From the IMG/VR virus record IMGVR_UViG_3300037852_000224, positions 1 to 58,934 of that record: DNA of 58,934 nt; one strand, given 5' to 3'. Shown here one piece after another: positions 37,030-46,277 of this stretch. Source of the stretch: a virus. Lineage: Duplodnaviria > Caudoviricetes. Below the pieces are notes generated by a model, which worked only from the letters and a program-made list of their open reading frames with translations, searched no databases and was not told the origin of the DNA. A program made the translations under genes and the position numbers. Numbering within the stretch: the stretch's first letter is position 1; each line of letters begins with the position of its first letter.

Positions 37030-37914
37030 TTAACCTTCCATCATCAGTACCGCCGCCAGCACCAACCCGATAATCAATGGAACCGGCAGACCACTTTGTG
37101 TCCCTCCGGCCACTGTCCCGCCGCTACCAACTGTCGTGTTTGCATTAACGCCACTGCCCGTTGCAACTGTATACGCAGTTCCCGTGTCCGTTCCAGTTCC
37201 CGTTGCACTGTTCGTTGTATCCGCTGCTCCTGCCACTGGGTCCGGCACAACTGTAGGGTCGTTGGCGATGGGGTCGTGGTATCCAATGAACCAGTTCCAA
37301 CAGGCTGGTCCACTTCCATTTGTTCCGGGGTAGACATACGACCAATTCCCTCCCAGGTTCTGTTGCCATCCACCAGGACTAGTCTTGTAATGACATGCTC
37401 CCGCCTGCCGGTCGGCAATACAGTTAACTCCCGCTTGGCCAAGGGCGGATTGTCCACATGCGGCAAGCACGGCCTGCCATGCCGTGTTGAAATTGTTTAG
37501 TGCCGCTTGTTGTAGAGAGTAATAGTGGACCGGAGCGGCAAGGTAATTGTCGAGATTCTGTTGCAGGATGGGTTCGGCTTGATTGACGTAACTGGTAGCT
37601 TCAGTACAAGTCTGCCCACAGCCGGAGAACACTTGATACAACGCTGCACCTAGAGCGATGGCCCCGGTGATTGCCAGCCCGATTGGTCCCGCGATAGATG
37701 TTCCTGCCGCGATAGCGGAGAGGGAACCGAGGATGCCTACTGTGACGGATGCACCAGCGGCGGCGATCTTGGAGGCGTCACCAGCGACGGTTTGGCCGAG
37801 ACCGGATAATCGTGGCGTGCGTCGGGGACGAAATTGTACGCGGGATTGCGGCAGGGTGCTCAACGCTGGGTACGCGTAGGTGGAGGAGGCGAATTGGCGT
37901 TGGGCGTAATTCAC
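37030..37914 (-). CDS. Membrane protein with Gly/Ala hydrophobic hairpin and C-terminal TM (DNA-delivery candidate)
   Basis: LSGLGQ followed by an AAAGASVTVGILG...AGPIGLAI segment; Cys pairs. Confidence 0.65.
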   Translation of the reverse strand: MNYAQRQFASSTYAYPALSTLPQSRVQFRPRRTPRLSGLGQTVAGDASKIAAAGASVTVGILGSLSAIAAGTSIAGPIGLAITGAIALGAALYQVFSGCGQTCTEATSYVNQAEPILQQNLDNYLAAPVHYYSLQQAALNNFNTAWQAVLAACGQSALGQAGVNCIADRQAGACHYKTSPGGWQQNLGGNWSYVYPGTNGSGPACWNWFIGYHDPIANDPTVVPDPVAGAADTTNSATGTGTDTGTAYTVATGSGVNANTTVGSGGTVAGGTQSGLPVPLIIGLVLAAVLMMEG

Positions 37915-38339
37915 TTGCCTTGCAGTTGCTTCCTTTTCTTTATAGCCTGTGACTTTGTTGCGTAAGGACCGGCCACGATGGTAGGAGCTTTCTTTGGTCC
38001 CGTCTCCACTACCCATCCATGTCCAGCGAACGCGATGCGTAAAGGTTCAGGATTGCGGATGTGCCGTGGGTTGACGAACACCCTCACCGTCCCATCCCTA
38101 CTAATCTTCACCTTCGCCGGGATCATCCCACCGGGATTCCCCCGCGCCAACTTACGACCGGAACGCACTGGGTTCTTTGCCCGCTTCCACATTCCGTGAA
38201 TCTTCTTAAGCCGTTTCTGTAGAGCTTTTGTGTAGGCCGACGTTCTGCCACCAGATTTGCTGTCGGCATGCTGGGACTTTTCCAAATCCTTGTACGCCTG
38301 ATTGAGCATCAATCCTAGTTGGTGTTTTGTATCAGCCAT
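37911..38339 (-). CDS. Basic protein with NP motifs
   Basis: AKNP, RGNP, VNP, RNP; K/R-rich. Confidence 0.6.
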   Translation of the reverse strand: MADTKHQLGLMLNQAYKDLEKSQHADSKSGGRTSAYTKALQKRLKKIHGMWKRAKNPVRSGRKLARGNPGGMIPAKVKISRDGTVRVFVNPRHIRNPEPLRIAFAGHGWVVETGPKKAPTIVAGPYATKSQAIKKRKQLQGK

Positions 38340-38347
38340 GAGCTTGC

Positions 38348-39058
38348 CTACTTCCCCCGCCCCATAAACAAAAACAGCAACACTGCCCCACCAATCAACA
38401 GCACCGCCGGATTCGCCACTCCACTCACCGCCCCTGCCACTCCCGCCGTCGCCGCACTCGCCGGACTCCCATAAATAAGAGTGGACCCATTCGCCAGCTT
38501 CAACGCCGCCCCACCCTGCGCCACTGCCAGCACACTGGCCAACTGCTGTCCACTTTGATTAATCACCTGTGCCCACTGATACCCGGCTGGAGGTTGTGGC
38601 GGCTGCACTCCGGGAGGGTAACTTAATTGCCCGTTGTACCCAGGGGGCTGTGTTTGCGCCACGGTACCCTGTGGAAACGACAGACTGTACCCACTCGTTC
38701 CCGGTTGCGGCATCGACACTGTCAAATCCGGATTACTCAGCGTTAACGACGCCGCGTTCAAATCCGCCTGACTCAAATCCTGGTTCGCCAAATCCACCGA
38801 ATCCGCATTCGCCAAACATGCCACGTCCGACGGGTCACACACCTGTCCCATCCCCAGTCCATGCAACGCCGCCACCCGCCGCAATTGTCCTACCCCACTG
38901 GTCCCCGTGGACCGCCGCAACCTCACTCCCACCACGGGATTGGAATTCGCCATATACAACCCCGGCACAATGGGATTCTGCGGGACGATGAATGCACCCT
39001 TAGTAATATCCCCCAGTCCCACTTTCCCGCCACCGGTACTCGGCACCGTTAAATTCAT
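38348..39058 (-). CDS. Tail-anchored membrane protein with GLGD...F.VPQNPI motif
   Basis: VGLGDITKGAFIVPQNPI, SGVGQ, LHGLGMGQ; C-terminal TM. Confidence 0.7.
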   Translation of the reverse strand: MNLTVPSTGGGKVGLGDITKGAFIVPQNPIVPGLYMANSNPVVGVRLRRSTGTSGVGQLRRVAALHGLGMGQVCDPSDVACLANADSVDLANQDLSQADLNAASLTLSNPDLTVSMPQPGTSGYSLSFPQGTVAQTQPPGYNGQLSYPPGVQPPQPPAGYQWAQVINQSGQQLASVLAVAQGGAALKLANGSTLIYGSPASAATAGVAGAVSGVANPAVLLIGGAVLLFLFMGRGK

Positions 39059-39786
39059 GCGATCCACCCCCATTTCTTGCCTGTCCACCACACGCCCATA
39101 GCCACCAGCGTGTACCCGATGGCTCCCACCATCCACTCCAGTCCACCGGCGATCCCACCGCTAATCCCCCACTCCGTTTTGCGCCTTACCTCTACCGCTT
39201 GTTCCGCTTCCCATCCTGGAGCCGACCCGTGGGATGCATCCAACGGGATGCGTATACTTGTGCCGTCTATATGTGGATACGCCGCAACGTACACATGAGA
39301 GTACTGGTACGGGGCGGTGGCGTCGGCTGCGACAGTGACAAACGCACAGGGAATGCCAACCGCCTCCAGCAATGCGGCAAGGTACATGGAATAGTCGTCG
39401 CAATCGCCAACGCTCAATCCCAACTCTACGTACCGTTTCATATCCAACGGTCGGATGATGACTTCAATCACATCATCAGGATTGATTCCAGTGCCCGCTA
39501 ACCGTGCCGCGTTCAATTCATCCCGTTCAAACCGGAGGGAGCCTTTGGTATGTGCATAAGCATTGGCCACCTGTTCCAGTTGTGTGCCGTTACCGCAGAC
39601 TCCCCCTGCCCACTGTTGAAACTCTGGTGCCTGTGCATCCTCACTCACCCTCTGCCGCATCAATCCAATGGTCTGCCCCACTTGTGCATCCGGCCACGCC
39701 CCTAGTTCCCTCACTGAGAATCGCACCGCGCCCAGTCGATCATGCGTTGCCGTGGCCGCCGTGGCTTTGTCGATGTGCATTCGCAT
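39055..39786 (-). CDS. Transglutaminase-like (papain-fold) Cys enzyme, membrane-anchored; candidate maturation protease
   Basis: GDCDDYS..LAALL (Cys), YSHVY (His), IPLDAS (Asp) triad; C-terminal TM. Confidence 0.85.
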   Translation of the reverse strand: MRMHIDKATAATATHDRLGAVRFSVRELGAWPDAQVGQTIGLMRQRVSEDAQAPEFQQWAGGVCGNGTQLEQVANAYAHTKGSLRFERDELNAARLAGTGINPDDVIEVIIRPLDMKRYVELGLSVGDCDDYSMYLAALLEAVGIPCAFVTVAADATAPYQYSHVYVAAYPHIDGTSIRIPLDASHGSAPGWEAEQAVEVRRKTEWGISGGIAGGLEWMVGAIGYTLVAMGVWWTGKKWGWIA

Positions 39787-39794
39787 CGCGATAG

Positions 39795-39807
39795 TTTACG
39801 CCGTAAA
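39795..39807. promoter_or_regulatory. Palindrome TTTACGCCGTAAA (copy 5), at the head of the morphogenesis operon
   Basis: Exact motif in a divergent intergenic region. Confidence 0.8.
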
Positions 39808-39997
39808 ATCCATGGTGAATGTTTAATGGAGTGGTTCGCGTGCATTATGCCGCGTTGGAAACCCCGCCGCAACGGTGTTGGTGGTTGGTATATGTGGCGG
39901 TTGAACGCCGATTGCCAAAGGTAAGCGCTTGACTTATCAGTTGGATGGGCCATACAATAATTTCGACCCGCAAAATCATCCACAGGGAGGCGTAAAA

Positions 39998-41872
39998 GTG
40001 GCAGATGAAGAGGCTGGAGTGTTGCTGGAGGGGCTGGAGGGAGAGGGGAATGAGGAGGGCAACGTAGAAAGCGGCACTGAGAGTGCTATTGAGGTCATTC
40101 CAGAGGTATCGGATGGTGTAAAGGAGATTAGAGGCCCTGGAAGGCCACGGAATGTGGCCGGATCGGCCCCACTGAAGAAATTACGCTTTCCCAACCCGCG
40201 ATTCCGGCAGTACAATTCGGATTCGGATGTGAGGGAGCAGCGGCCTAACTATGCTTTCAAGTGGGTGGCGGCATTGCCACAGGTGTTTAAGGACCGGTGT
40301 GACTGGTTCATATACCGGCGGCATCCGATTCTAGTGGAACCTCCGTTGGACGCCGACAGGAAACCACAGTGGTACAAGTACATTGACAAAATCCCCGGTG
40401 CGGACCCGAATCCAATTACGGATGAATCGGATCTGCTCAATCGGTTCGGGTGTGGTAGATACGAATTGTATTTGAATGAAACGGACGTGCCTAAAGGGGA
40501 TGAGGCCAGGACGATCCTTAGGGTGTTCGTGCAGAATCTCGGTGGGGGGGATTATCGCGCTCATCCGCCGAACGATCCGTTGATTAGCGATGTGAATAAG
40601 GTGGACTTGAGCCACCCGAACAATAAGGGGTATCTTTCGTACCTCATGAGCATTGGGAAACTACCAGAGCAGGTTAACGCGGAAAAGGAGAGACAGGACG
40701 TGGCTACGGCAACTGTGGTGGATAAGTTGACTGACGGGTACGAGAAGATGGCGGACAAGGTGGTGAAGATGGCCGAGAGCCGGTCGTCGCGGCCTGATCC
40801 AGTGGCGGCCCCGGCAGGGTACGACTCCAACGCCATCGCGGGACTGTTGAATTCGACTGGTGAAGTGATGAAGCAATCCGCCATGACCGTGATGGAGCAG
40901 AGCAAAGGCATGGGACTAGATGAAGTGTTGAAGGTGGCGAAGGAATTGAAAGCCGACGACACACATTCGACCAGTGAGATTAAAGAACTGCGGAATATGT
41001 TGTTTACGATGCAAACCGAACGCATCAATAAGTTGGAAACGATGTTGATCGAGCAGGCTACGACGAGGACGGCAAATCCAAGCTCAACGTCCAGTGACGG
41101 TCCACCTCCCTCTCCCGCCGATCCCTTCTCCTATTTCAAATCCGGCATTAGCGCACTGAAGGAAATGAAATCCACCATTGACGATTTCTCCGGCGGCGGG
41201 GAAGGGGACGGTGGAACGGGAGTGGGCAAGAACGCGCCGTGGTGGGCGGGGTTATTGGCCGCGAGTATGCCGCACGTGGCCACGATTGCGCAGACTGTCA
41301 TGGGACTGTACATTGCGTCACAACGTGCGGGGCAACCGGGAGCACAACAGCAACCGATGGGACCGGCACCTATGCCGCAAGGGTTCCCTGGAATGCCAAT
41401 GCAACCACAACCACAACCAGCCCAAGCACCGGCACCTACCATGGCTCTGAATCCAGCTCCAGCACCGGCGGGGGCCACTCCCAGTGGTATGCCTCCCCCT
41501 GCCCCTGCCTCCGGCGCCGGTGGATTCGACATGGGGCAGTTTATCTCCCTCATCCAAGTCCCTCTGCTCAATTACCTCAGTGATCCCACGGCCAACGGGG
41601 ATCATTTCGCAGAGTGGCTGGTCGGCGGGTATGGGTTGGATGTGTTTAAGCAGGTGAAACAGTACGGTCCCCTGGTGGCTCCGATATTGATGGAGCACAC
41701 GATTCAATTGCCCACTGGCCCGGTGAAACCGTTTGCCGATCTATCTCCCGGCAGGTTGGATAAGTTTGTGCAGGAGTTCTTGAGCGTTACGCCGGAGGAC
41801 TTTGAGAAGGACCCGGTGGATGGTGGTGGTGGTGGAGACGATAACGGCGGTGGAACGAACGGAGCGGCGTGA
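39998..41872 (+). CDS. Large hypothetical protein (acidic N-terminus, coiled coil, hydrophobic helix, P/Q-rich linker)
   Basis: GGGAGG SD before GTG at 39998; long ORF. Confidence 0.75.
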   Translation: MADEEAGVLLEGLEGEGNEEGNVESGTESAIEVIPEVSDGVKEIRGPGRPRNVAGSAPLKKLRFPNPRFRQYNSDSDVREQRPNYAFKWVAALPQVFKDRCDWFIYRRHPILVEPPLDADRKPQWYKYIDKIPGADPNPITDESDLLNRFGCGRYELYLNETDVPKGDEARTILRVFVQNLGGGDYRAHPPNDPLISDVNKVDLSHPNNKGYLSYLMSIGKLPEQVNAEKERQDVATATVVDKLTDGYEKMADKVVKMAESRSSRPDPVAAPAGYDSNAIAGLLNSTGEVMKQSAMTVMEQSKGMGLDEVLKVAKELKADDTHSTSEIKELRNMLFTMQTERINKLETMLIEQATTRTANPSSTSSDGPPPSPADPFSYFKSGISALKEMKSTIDDFSGGGEGDGGTGVGKNAPWWAGLLAASMPHVATIAQTVMGLYIASQRAGQPGAQQQPMGPAPMPQGFPGMPMQPQPQPAQAPAPTMALNPAPAPAGATPSGMPPPAPASGAGGFDMGQFISLIQVPLLNYLSDPTANGDHFAEWLVGGYGLDVFKQVKQYGPLVAPILMEHTIQLPTGPVKPFADLSPGRLDKFVQEFLSVTPEDFEKDPVDGGGGGDDNGGGTNGAA

Positions 41873-42102
41873 TGCATACAGCAATCCACTGGGCGGAGTT
41901 CCTGTTGGCATTCTGGGTCACATGGGGTGTAGCGGGAACGGCATATCTTATATTCGCCGTCATTCCTCTGCACACACTGAAGTGGTCGGATCTACTGGGT
42001 GTGGCGGCAGCGGTATTGTTCATGGCCCAACTTACATCGTGGTGGCTGGCAGTGGATTGGGTGCATGCACAATGGGAGAAGGTGACGCAGTGGGAGGAAT
42101 GA
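41869..42102 (+). CDS. Small membrane protein
   Basis: Two TM helices; GTGA coupling. Confidence 0.6.
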   Translation: MMHTAIHWAEFLLAFWVTWGVAGTAYLIFAVIPLHTLKWSDLLGVAAAVLFMAQLTSWWLAVDWVHAQWEKVTQWEE

Positions 42103-42105
42103 ACA

Positions 42106-42501
42106 GTGCGCCTTAGTCCCGCCACCGCTCTCCCTACCGTCACCTTAACCTGTAACGGTGCCGTGATCGGCGATCATATTACCGTGGCACGGGATTTGCA
42201 TTCCCGTCAACGGGGGTTGCTCGATTACGATTCCCTCCCCCTTGGCGGCGGGATGTGGATCAATCCAGGTTCAGCAATCCACACAGTAGGGATGAAATTC
42301 CCCATCGATGTGGTGTTCTTGGAAGTAACTCCAGTGCGTTATGCCGTCGTGTGCTGCTTCTCCAACGTCCAACCTGAGGGGGATGTAATCACCTGTGGAC
42401 TGGCCAATCCTACTCGCTCTGTACTAGAACTTCCAGTCGGCACTATTGCACGGTGTGGTCTGCGCCCAGGGATGACCGTTACCACCCAATCGAATCAATA
42501 A
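42106..42501 (+). CDS. DUF192-family protein
   Basis: SRQRGLL, IHTVGMKFPIDVVFL, SVLELPVG. Confidence 0.8.
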   Translation: MRLSPATALPTVTLTCNGAVIGDHITVARDLHSRQRGLLDYDSLPLGGGMWINPGSAIHTVGMKFPIDVVFLEVTPVRYAVVCCFSNVQPEGDVITCGLANPTRSVLELPVGTIARCGLRPGMTVTTQSNQ

Positions 42502-42542
42502 TCGGCCATTGTCGTGCTACCTTGAACGTGGAGGTTCCCCCC

Positions 42543-42749
42543 ATGCTGTTTCCCAGTTTTTTGCTCACACTTCTGATCGTGTTGGTGGTCGTTGGTTTAA
42601 TTTTGTGGATTCTCGGTCAGATACCGATGGACCCAACATTTGCCAAGATCGCCCGAGTGATTATTATCGTGATTTTTGCGCTGTGGCTGCTGTCTGTGTT
42701 GATTGGATTCCTACCGGCTGGAGGATACTACGGCCCTAGGTTGAGGTGA
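42543..42749 (+). CDS. Small two-TM protein (Thivi_2564-like)
   Basis: LLIVLVVVGLILWIL..IPMDP...IA.VII..LWLL. Confidence 0.7.
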   Translation: MLFPSFLLTLLIVLVVVGLILWILGQIPMDPTFAKIARVIIIVIFALWLLSVLIGFLPAGGYYGPRLR

Positions 42750-43047
42750 CTTTAGCGAATCCCGGCTGTAGAACTTCGAGGGCTTGTTTCAGTCTCAGAG
42801 AATACCCTAGATTTCTTTTGTCACCCACTGAGGACAATCGATATCTATGCGCCGGGAATAGCTCCATCTGGTCCAGAAGGCCCAACTGCACCAATTTTCG
42901 TGTGTGGTGTCTAGCCGTCCTCGGTTGGACTGTGGCTGACTCAGGGAGCATCTTCAGGACTTCCGTATTGCTCATCCACTTGTCCGGGTGGCTTAGGAAC
43001 ACACTCCACACCAGAACCTCATGAACTGAGATCTCATTCTTTTCCAT
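42736..43047 (-). CDS. Winged-helix DNA-binding protein
   Basis: WMSNTEV..RTARHHTRKLVQLGLL..HRYRL. Confidence 0.55.
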   Translation of the reverse strand: MEKNEISVHEVLVWSVFLSHPDKWMSNTEVLKMLPESATVQPRTARHHTRKLVQLGLLDQMELFPAHRYRLSSVGDKRNLGYSLRLKQALEVLQPGFAKVTST

Positions 43048-43402
43048 GCCAGATGGTAACACACTATGCCACACCTTGCCAGTGGCAAAAGTACCGTGAC
43101 GTACCGAAACGCAAAAGGGAAGTGTCGGTGTCCCACCTCCCTCTTGTGCCCAACCATCCCCACCGGGTTTCGCGGCTTCACGCGTCTGGTGAAATAGGGA
43201 TGCTGTTCCGGCTAGTCTACCACACCTGCAACAAACTTAACTTGGCATTCCCGGCACACTTTATCCCGGCCACGAGGATTGAATATCCGCCGCGATCCCC
43301 GGCACCGTTTACACGGCCAGTGCACGTCCGCCATCTCATACCCGTGCCGCGTGGCCGCCGCCCGCATCCACCGGGGATTAGGTTTGGCCACCTTCTTACG
43401 TC

Positions 43403-44203
43403 TCACAGTGTAGGCACCAGTCTCCAAGTGTTGACCGCCGTGCACACGTAATAATTCTGTGCCACCGTGTCGGTGTAGGTATCCCTCCCGACGACGCAAT
43501 TTATCGTGGGGGCGCCCACGCCGGTGAAATACCGGGGTTGCGTGGTGGAGTCTATCTCCACTGTTATTTCTCCACTTACCGGATCTGGCATGATAACAAT
43601 CCCCTGCCCTGGGACGATGGATGTGGATGGTGACGGTGATGGTGTAGGCGTAGGCGTTGGTGTCGGCGCTGGCGGCGTATACGGCGCATCCGATAGCACC
43701 ACACTGGTAAGTTGTGCACTCGCTCCAGGGGATGACTGATTAGCGAAGAATGCGAAGTACTGCCCTGTCACCATGGGAGTAAACGGCACATTCGACACTA
43801 ATACTGCTGGTGCCTGTGCATTCGGCGCTAACCCGTAAATCTCATCCACCAGTGCACAATTAACCGGGGAATTACACCCGGACATTCCCACTAGTGCAAC
43901 AGTGTACGACGCTAACGACGGGCCGCCAATTAACGAGAATGACAGATAATATTTCGTCCCTGCCGTGAGATTCACCGACCCCAATTTAATCTCACCGCCC
44001 GTTCCAAATGTAACGTAATTCCCACCGCCCGCCGCCGCCACTGTAACCGGCCCTACCACCACGGTCGCCGTATTCAGCGTCTTACCGGTCTGGTATACAC
44101 CGGGAGCCACTCCGGCGAAGGATTCCGACAACAGCACCGCGCCATGTACAGCGGTGGTGGCTAACAGTGCACACGCGATTCGGAGCATAGCGTGTGGTTT
44201 CAT
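43403..44203 (-). CDS. Secreted carbohydrate-binding-like protein with PT/PS linker
   Basis: Signal peptide VHG-A; LTAGTKYYLSFSL beta-sandwich; PTPTPTPSPSPS; CVVG..YVCTAVNTW tail. Confidence 0.6.
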   Translation of the reverse strand: MKPHAMLRIACALLATTAVHGAVLLSESFAGVAPGVYQTGKTLNTATVVVGPVTVAAAGGGNYVTFGTGGEIKLGSVNLTAGTKYYLSFSLIGGPSLASYTVALVGMSGCNSPVNCALVDEIYGLAPNAQAPAVLVSNVPFTPMVTGQYFAFFANQSSPGASAQLTSVVLSDAPYTPPAPTPTPTPTPSPSPSTSIVPGQGIVIMPDPVSGEITVEIDSTTQPRYFTGVGAPTINCVVGRDTYTDTVAQNYYVCTAVNTWRLVPTL

Positions 44204-44443
44204 CCTATCGTGATTCCTTCCACGCCGCGCCCAGTGCAAACACCACCAGTGCCACCCCGATAACTACCACGATATGACCAAGCTGTATGTATCCCATGAC
44301 CGGATTGTGCCCCATGAAGTACCGGCATACAATAGTACTCCAGTACCGATTTACAACAAAAGTGTCCTCCGATTTTCTCCACGGCTCGGAGGAACACCGC
44401 TATGGTTAGAAGGGGTCTGGTAGTCCCCCTCCCTGGAGAACCT

Positions 44444-45418
44444 TTACAGCAACTCCGCTAGTTTCCGGTTAAACGCCGGTCCACCGAGCTTCCCACTCAA
44501 CAGCTTTATCACCAGGGTCAACACCCCTTCTACCGCCGCCTGCCGCTTAGTAGGTTCCTTACCCTCCGGGATCTCCTCTTTCACCCCAGCAATCCCATCC
44601 TCACACACCTGTATGGCCTTTTTCGCCGAAATCGCCAGTTTCTTCCCCGGCGTCTCCGCGTCGTCCTTAGCCGCCTTGCCCTTTTTCCCCTTCCGCCCAC
44701 TCCCGGTGGTGCCCCCGGCCTCTTTCTCCGCCGCCAGCTTGGCAAGGAATGCATCCTGATCGGCCTCACTCATCGTCACCAAATCCCGCGCCACGGTCCA
44801 CCCGATGTCCCCGGTGTGGATCTTGTTTTGAATCTCCGGGCGTAATTCCATCAACCGTTTCATCTGACTGACCCCGCCCTTACTCAGCCGGATCTTCGCA
44901 CATACCTCCGGCAGTTTGTACCCGGCCTCCAACATCTTGCATATCGCTTTGGCCTTGTCCATCGGCGAGAAATCCTCCCGCTGGGCGTTCTCCGACACGT
45001 TGACGCCGAGCATTAACTTTGCTGTGGTGGCGGCATCTACACCCTTCCCCTTGGCCTCCTCAATATGCACCGGCACGAACCCGTCATGCTGTTTCGTTTC
45101 CATCGCCGCCACCACCGCCGCCGCACGACTGTATCCAGCCTCCAACTGATACAGGAAATGCACATCCGCGTCCACCGCGCCGTTCCCATTCCCATTCCCA
45201 TTCTCAATCCGGCTCACGATCAGCGGCTCATGCATCCCTTCCGCCACAATCGACGCCGACAGCTCCGCGATTTTCTTCGCCGACGGCGGGCCATACCGTG
45301 TATTCCGTTCCGGGTTGATAAGAATATCCGTGATGGGCACGGTACGAAAATCCCCCGTAGCCGTCACCATCGATGTACCTGCATTCGCACTTGTGCTCAC
45401 GTCTTTCTCCTTTTTCAT
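44444..45418 (-). CDS. parB: ParB/KorB-family CTPase-HTH DNA-binding protein
   Basis: NTR, LSASIVAEGMHEPLIV, AGYSR, ENAQREDFSPMDKA, followed by an HTH. Confidence 0.85.
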   Translation of the reverse strand: MKKEKDVSTSANAGTSMVTATGDFRTVPITDILINPERNTRYGPPSAKKIAELSASIVAEGMHEPLIVSRIENGNGNGNGAVDADVHFLYQLEAGYSRAAAVVAAMETKQHDGFVPVHIEEAKGKGVDAATTAKLMLGVNVSENAQREDFSPMDKAKAICKMLEAGYKLPEVCAKIRLSKGGVSQMKRLMELRPEIQNKIHTGDIGWTVARDLVTMSEADQDAFLAKLAAEKEAGGTTGSGRKGKKGKAAKDDAETPGKKLAISAKKAIQVCEDGIAGVKEEIPEGKEPTKRQAAVEGVLTLVIKLLSGKLGGPAFNRKLAELL

Positions 45419-45440
45419 TTTGATGTATTCCCCTTCCGGC

Positions 45441-45656
45441 CTAGGCCGAGAATTTAGATTTCCACTTCACCGCAAACTTACTACACTTGAACTCTTCCCA
45501 TTCCGGTTTAATGTCCAGTAGCCAAACGTGTGTCACCCACCACACTGTAACTCCGGCCACGAACGCCACCGGTTGCACCACAATCCCCCACCACGCCGCC
45601 ACCGCCCACCACCATGCCACCCAAAGTGCAATCTTAACTCGCACCCACGCGCCCAT
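45441..45656 (-). CDS. Trp-rich small membrane protein
   Basis: Hydrophobic; TAATG coupling. Confidence 0.45.
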   Translation of the reverse strand: MGAWVRVKIALWVAWWWAVAAWWGIVVQPVAFVAGVTVWWVTHVWLLDIKPEWEEFKCSKFAVKWKSKFSA

Positions 45657-46006
45657 TACGCCGCTGGCTCGTCCACCCCTACCAATACCGTGCCATCCTC
45701 ACCGTCGTCATCGTCGTCCCCGTCATCATCGCTGTCCCCATCTTCCTCTTCCGGTTCCGCCCCGGTGTCAATAAGCTTAAACACCCACCCATCGGCGTCG
45801 ATCCTCGACTCCAACTCGGTAGACGCATCCGCCCCGTCCGGCAAATCCACATCCGCGACATACGTTACACCGTCGCACTCATACACCAGCGGCCCTTCCC
45901 CGAACCCCATGGTGTCGCTCATTTCCTCATCCACGCGGATGGCATACCCATCCTCTTGAATCACCAGTCCTACGCCCTTCGTGTGTTTTGGCATTTCCAG
46001 TATCAT
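45656..46006 (-). CDS. Highly acidic protein
   Basis: GGAGG SD; D/E-rich tail. Confidence 0.65.
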   Translation of the reverse strand: MILEMPKHTKGVGLVIQEDGYAIRVDEEMSDTMGFGEGPLVYECDGVTYVADVDLPDGADASTELESRIDADGWVFKLIDTGAEPEEEDGDSDDDGDDDDDGEDGTVLVGVDEPAA

Positions 46007-46023
46007 CCTACCTCCTGTGAGAG

Positions 46024-46036
46024 TTTACGCCGTAAA
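46024..46036. promoter_or_regulatory. Palindrome TTTACGCCGTAAA (copy 6), upstream of the operon containing parB
   Basis: Exact motif. Confidence 0.8.
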
Positions 46037-46277
46037 AGGGTGGAGAGTCAAGAGAGTAATTGGGGACCCTGGGTAGAGTCCCCAATTGTGCAGCCATACC
46101 ATGCCAACGCCTTACCCGGCCAGACCCGAGCTTGCCACACCATGACCCACCACGCCAAAACTTTTCTTCATTTCACCGTCAAAGATAGGATTGTCATCAA
46201 CAGTACCACTACAGCGATGGCAGCTATAGCTATGCAGATGTCACGCTTTCGATAAATCGACGCACGCGATCTGAGGA

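Noticed and set aside
46038-46112. Possible tRNA on the minus strand
   Set aside because: No TTCRA T-loop and no cloverleaf; it is a simple AATTGGGGAC/GTCCCCAATT inverted repeat.
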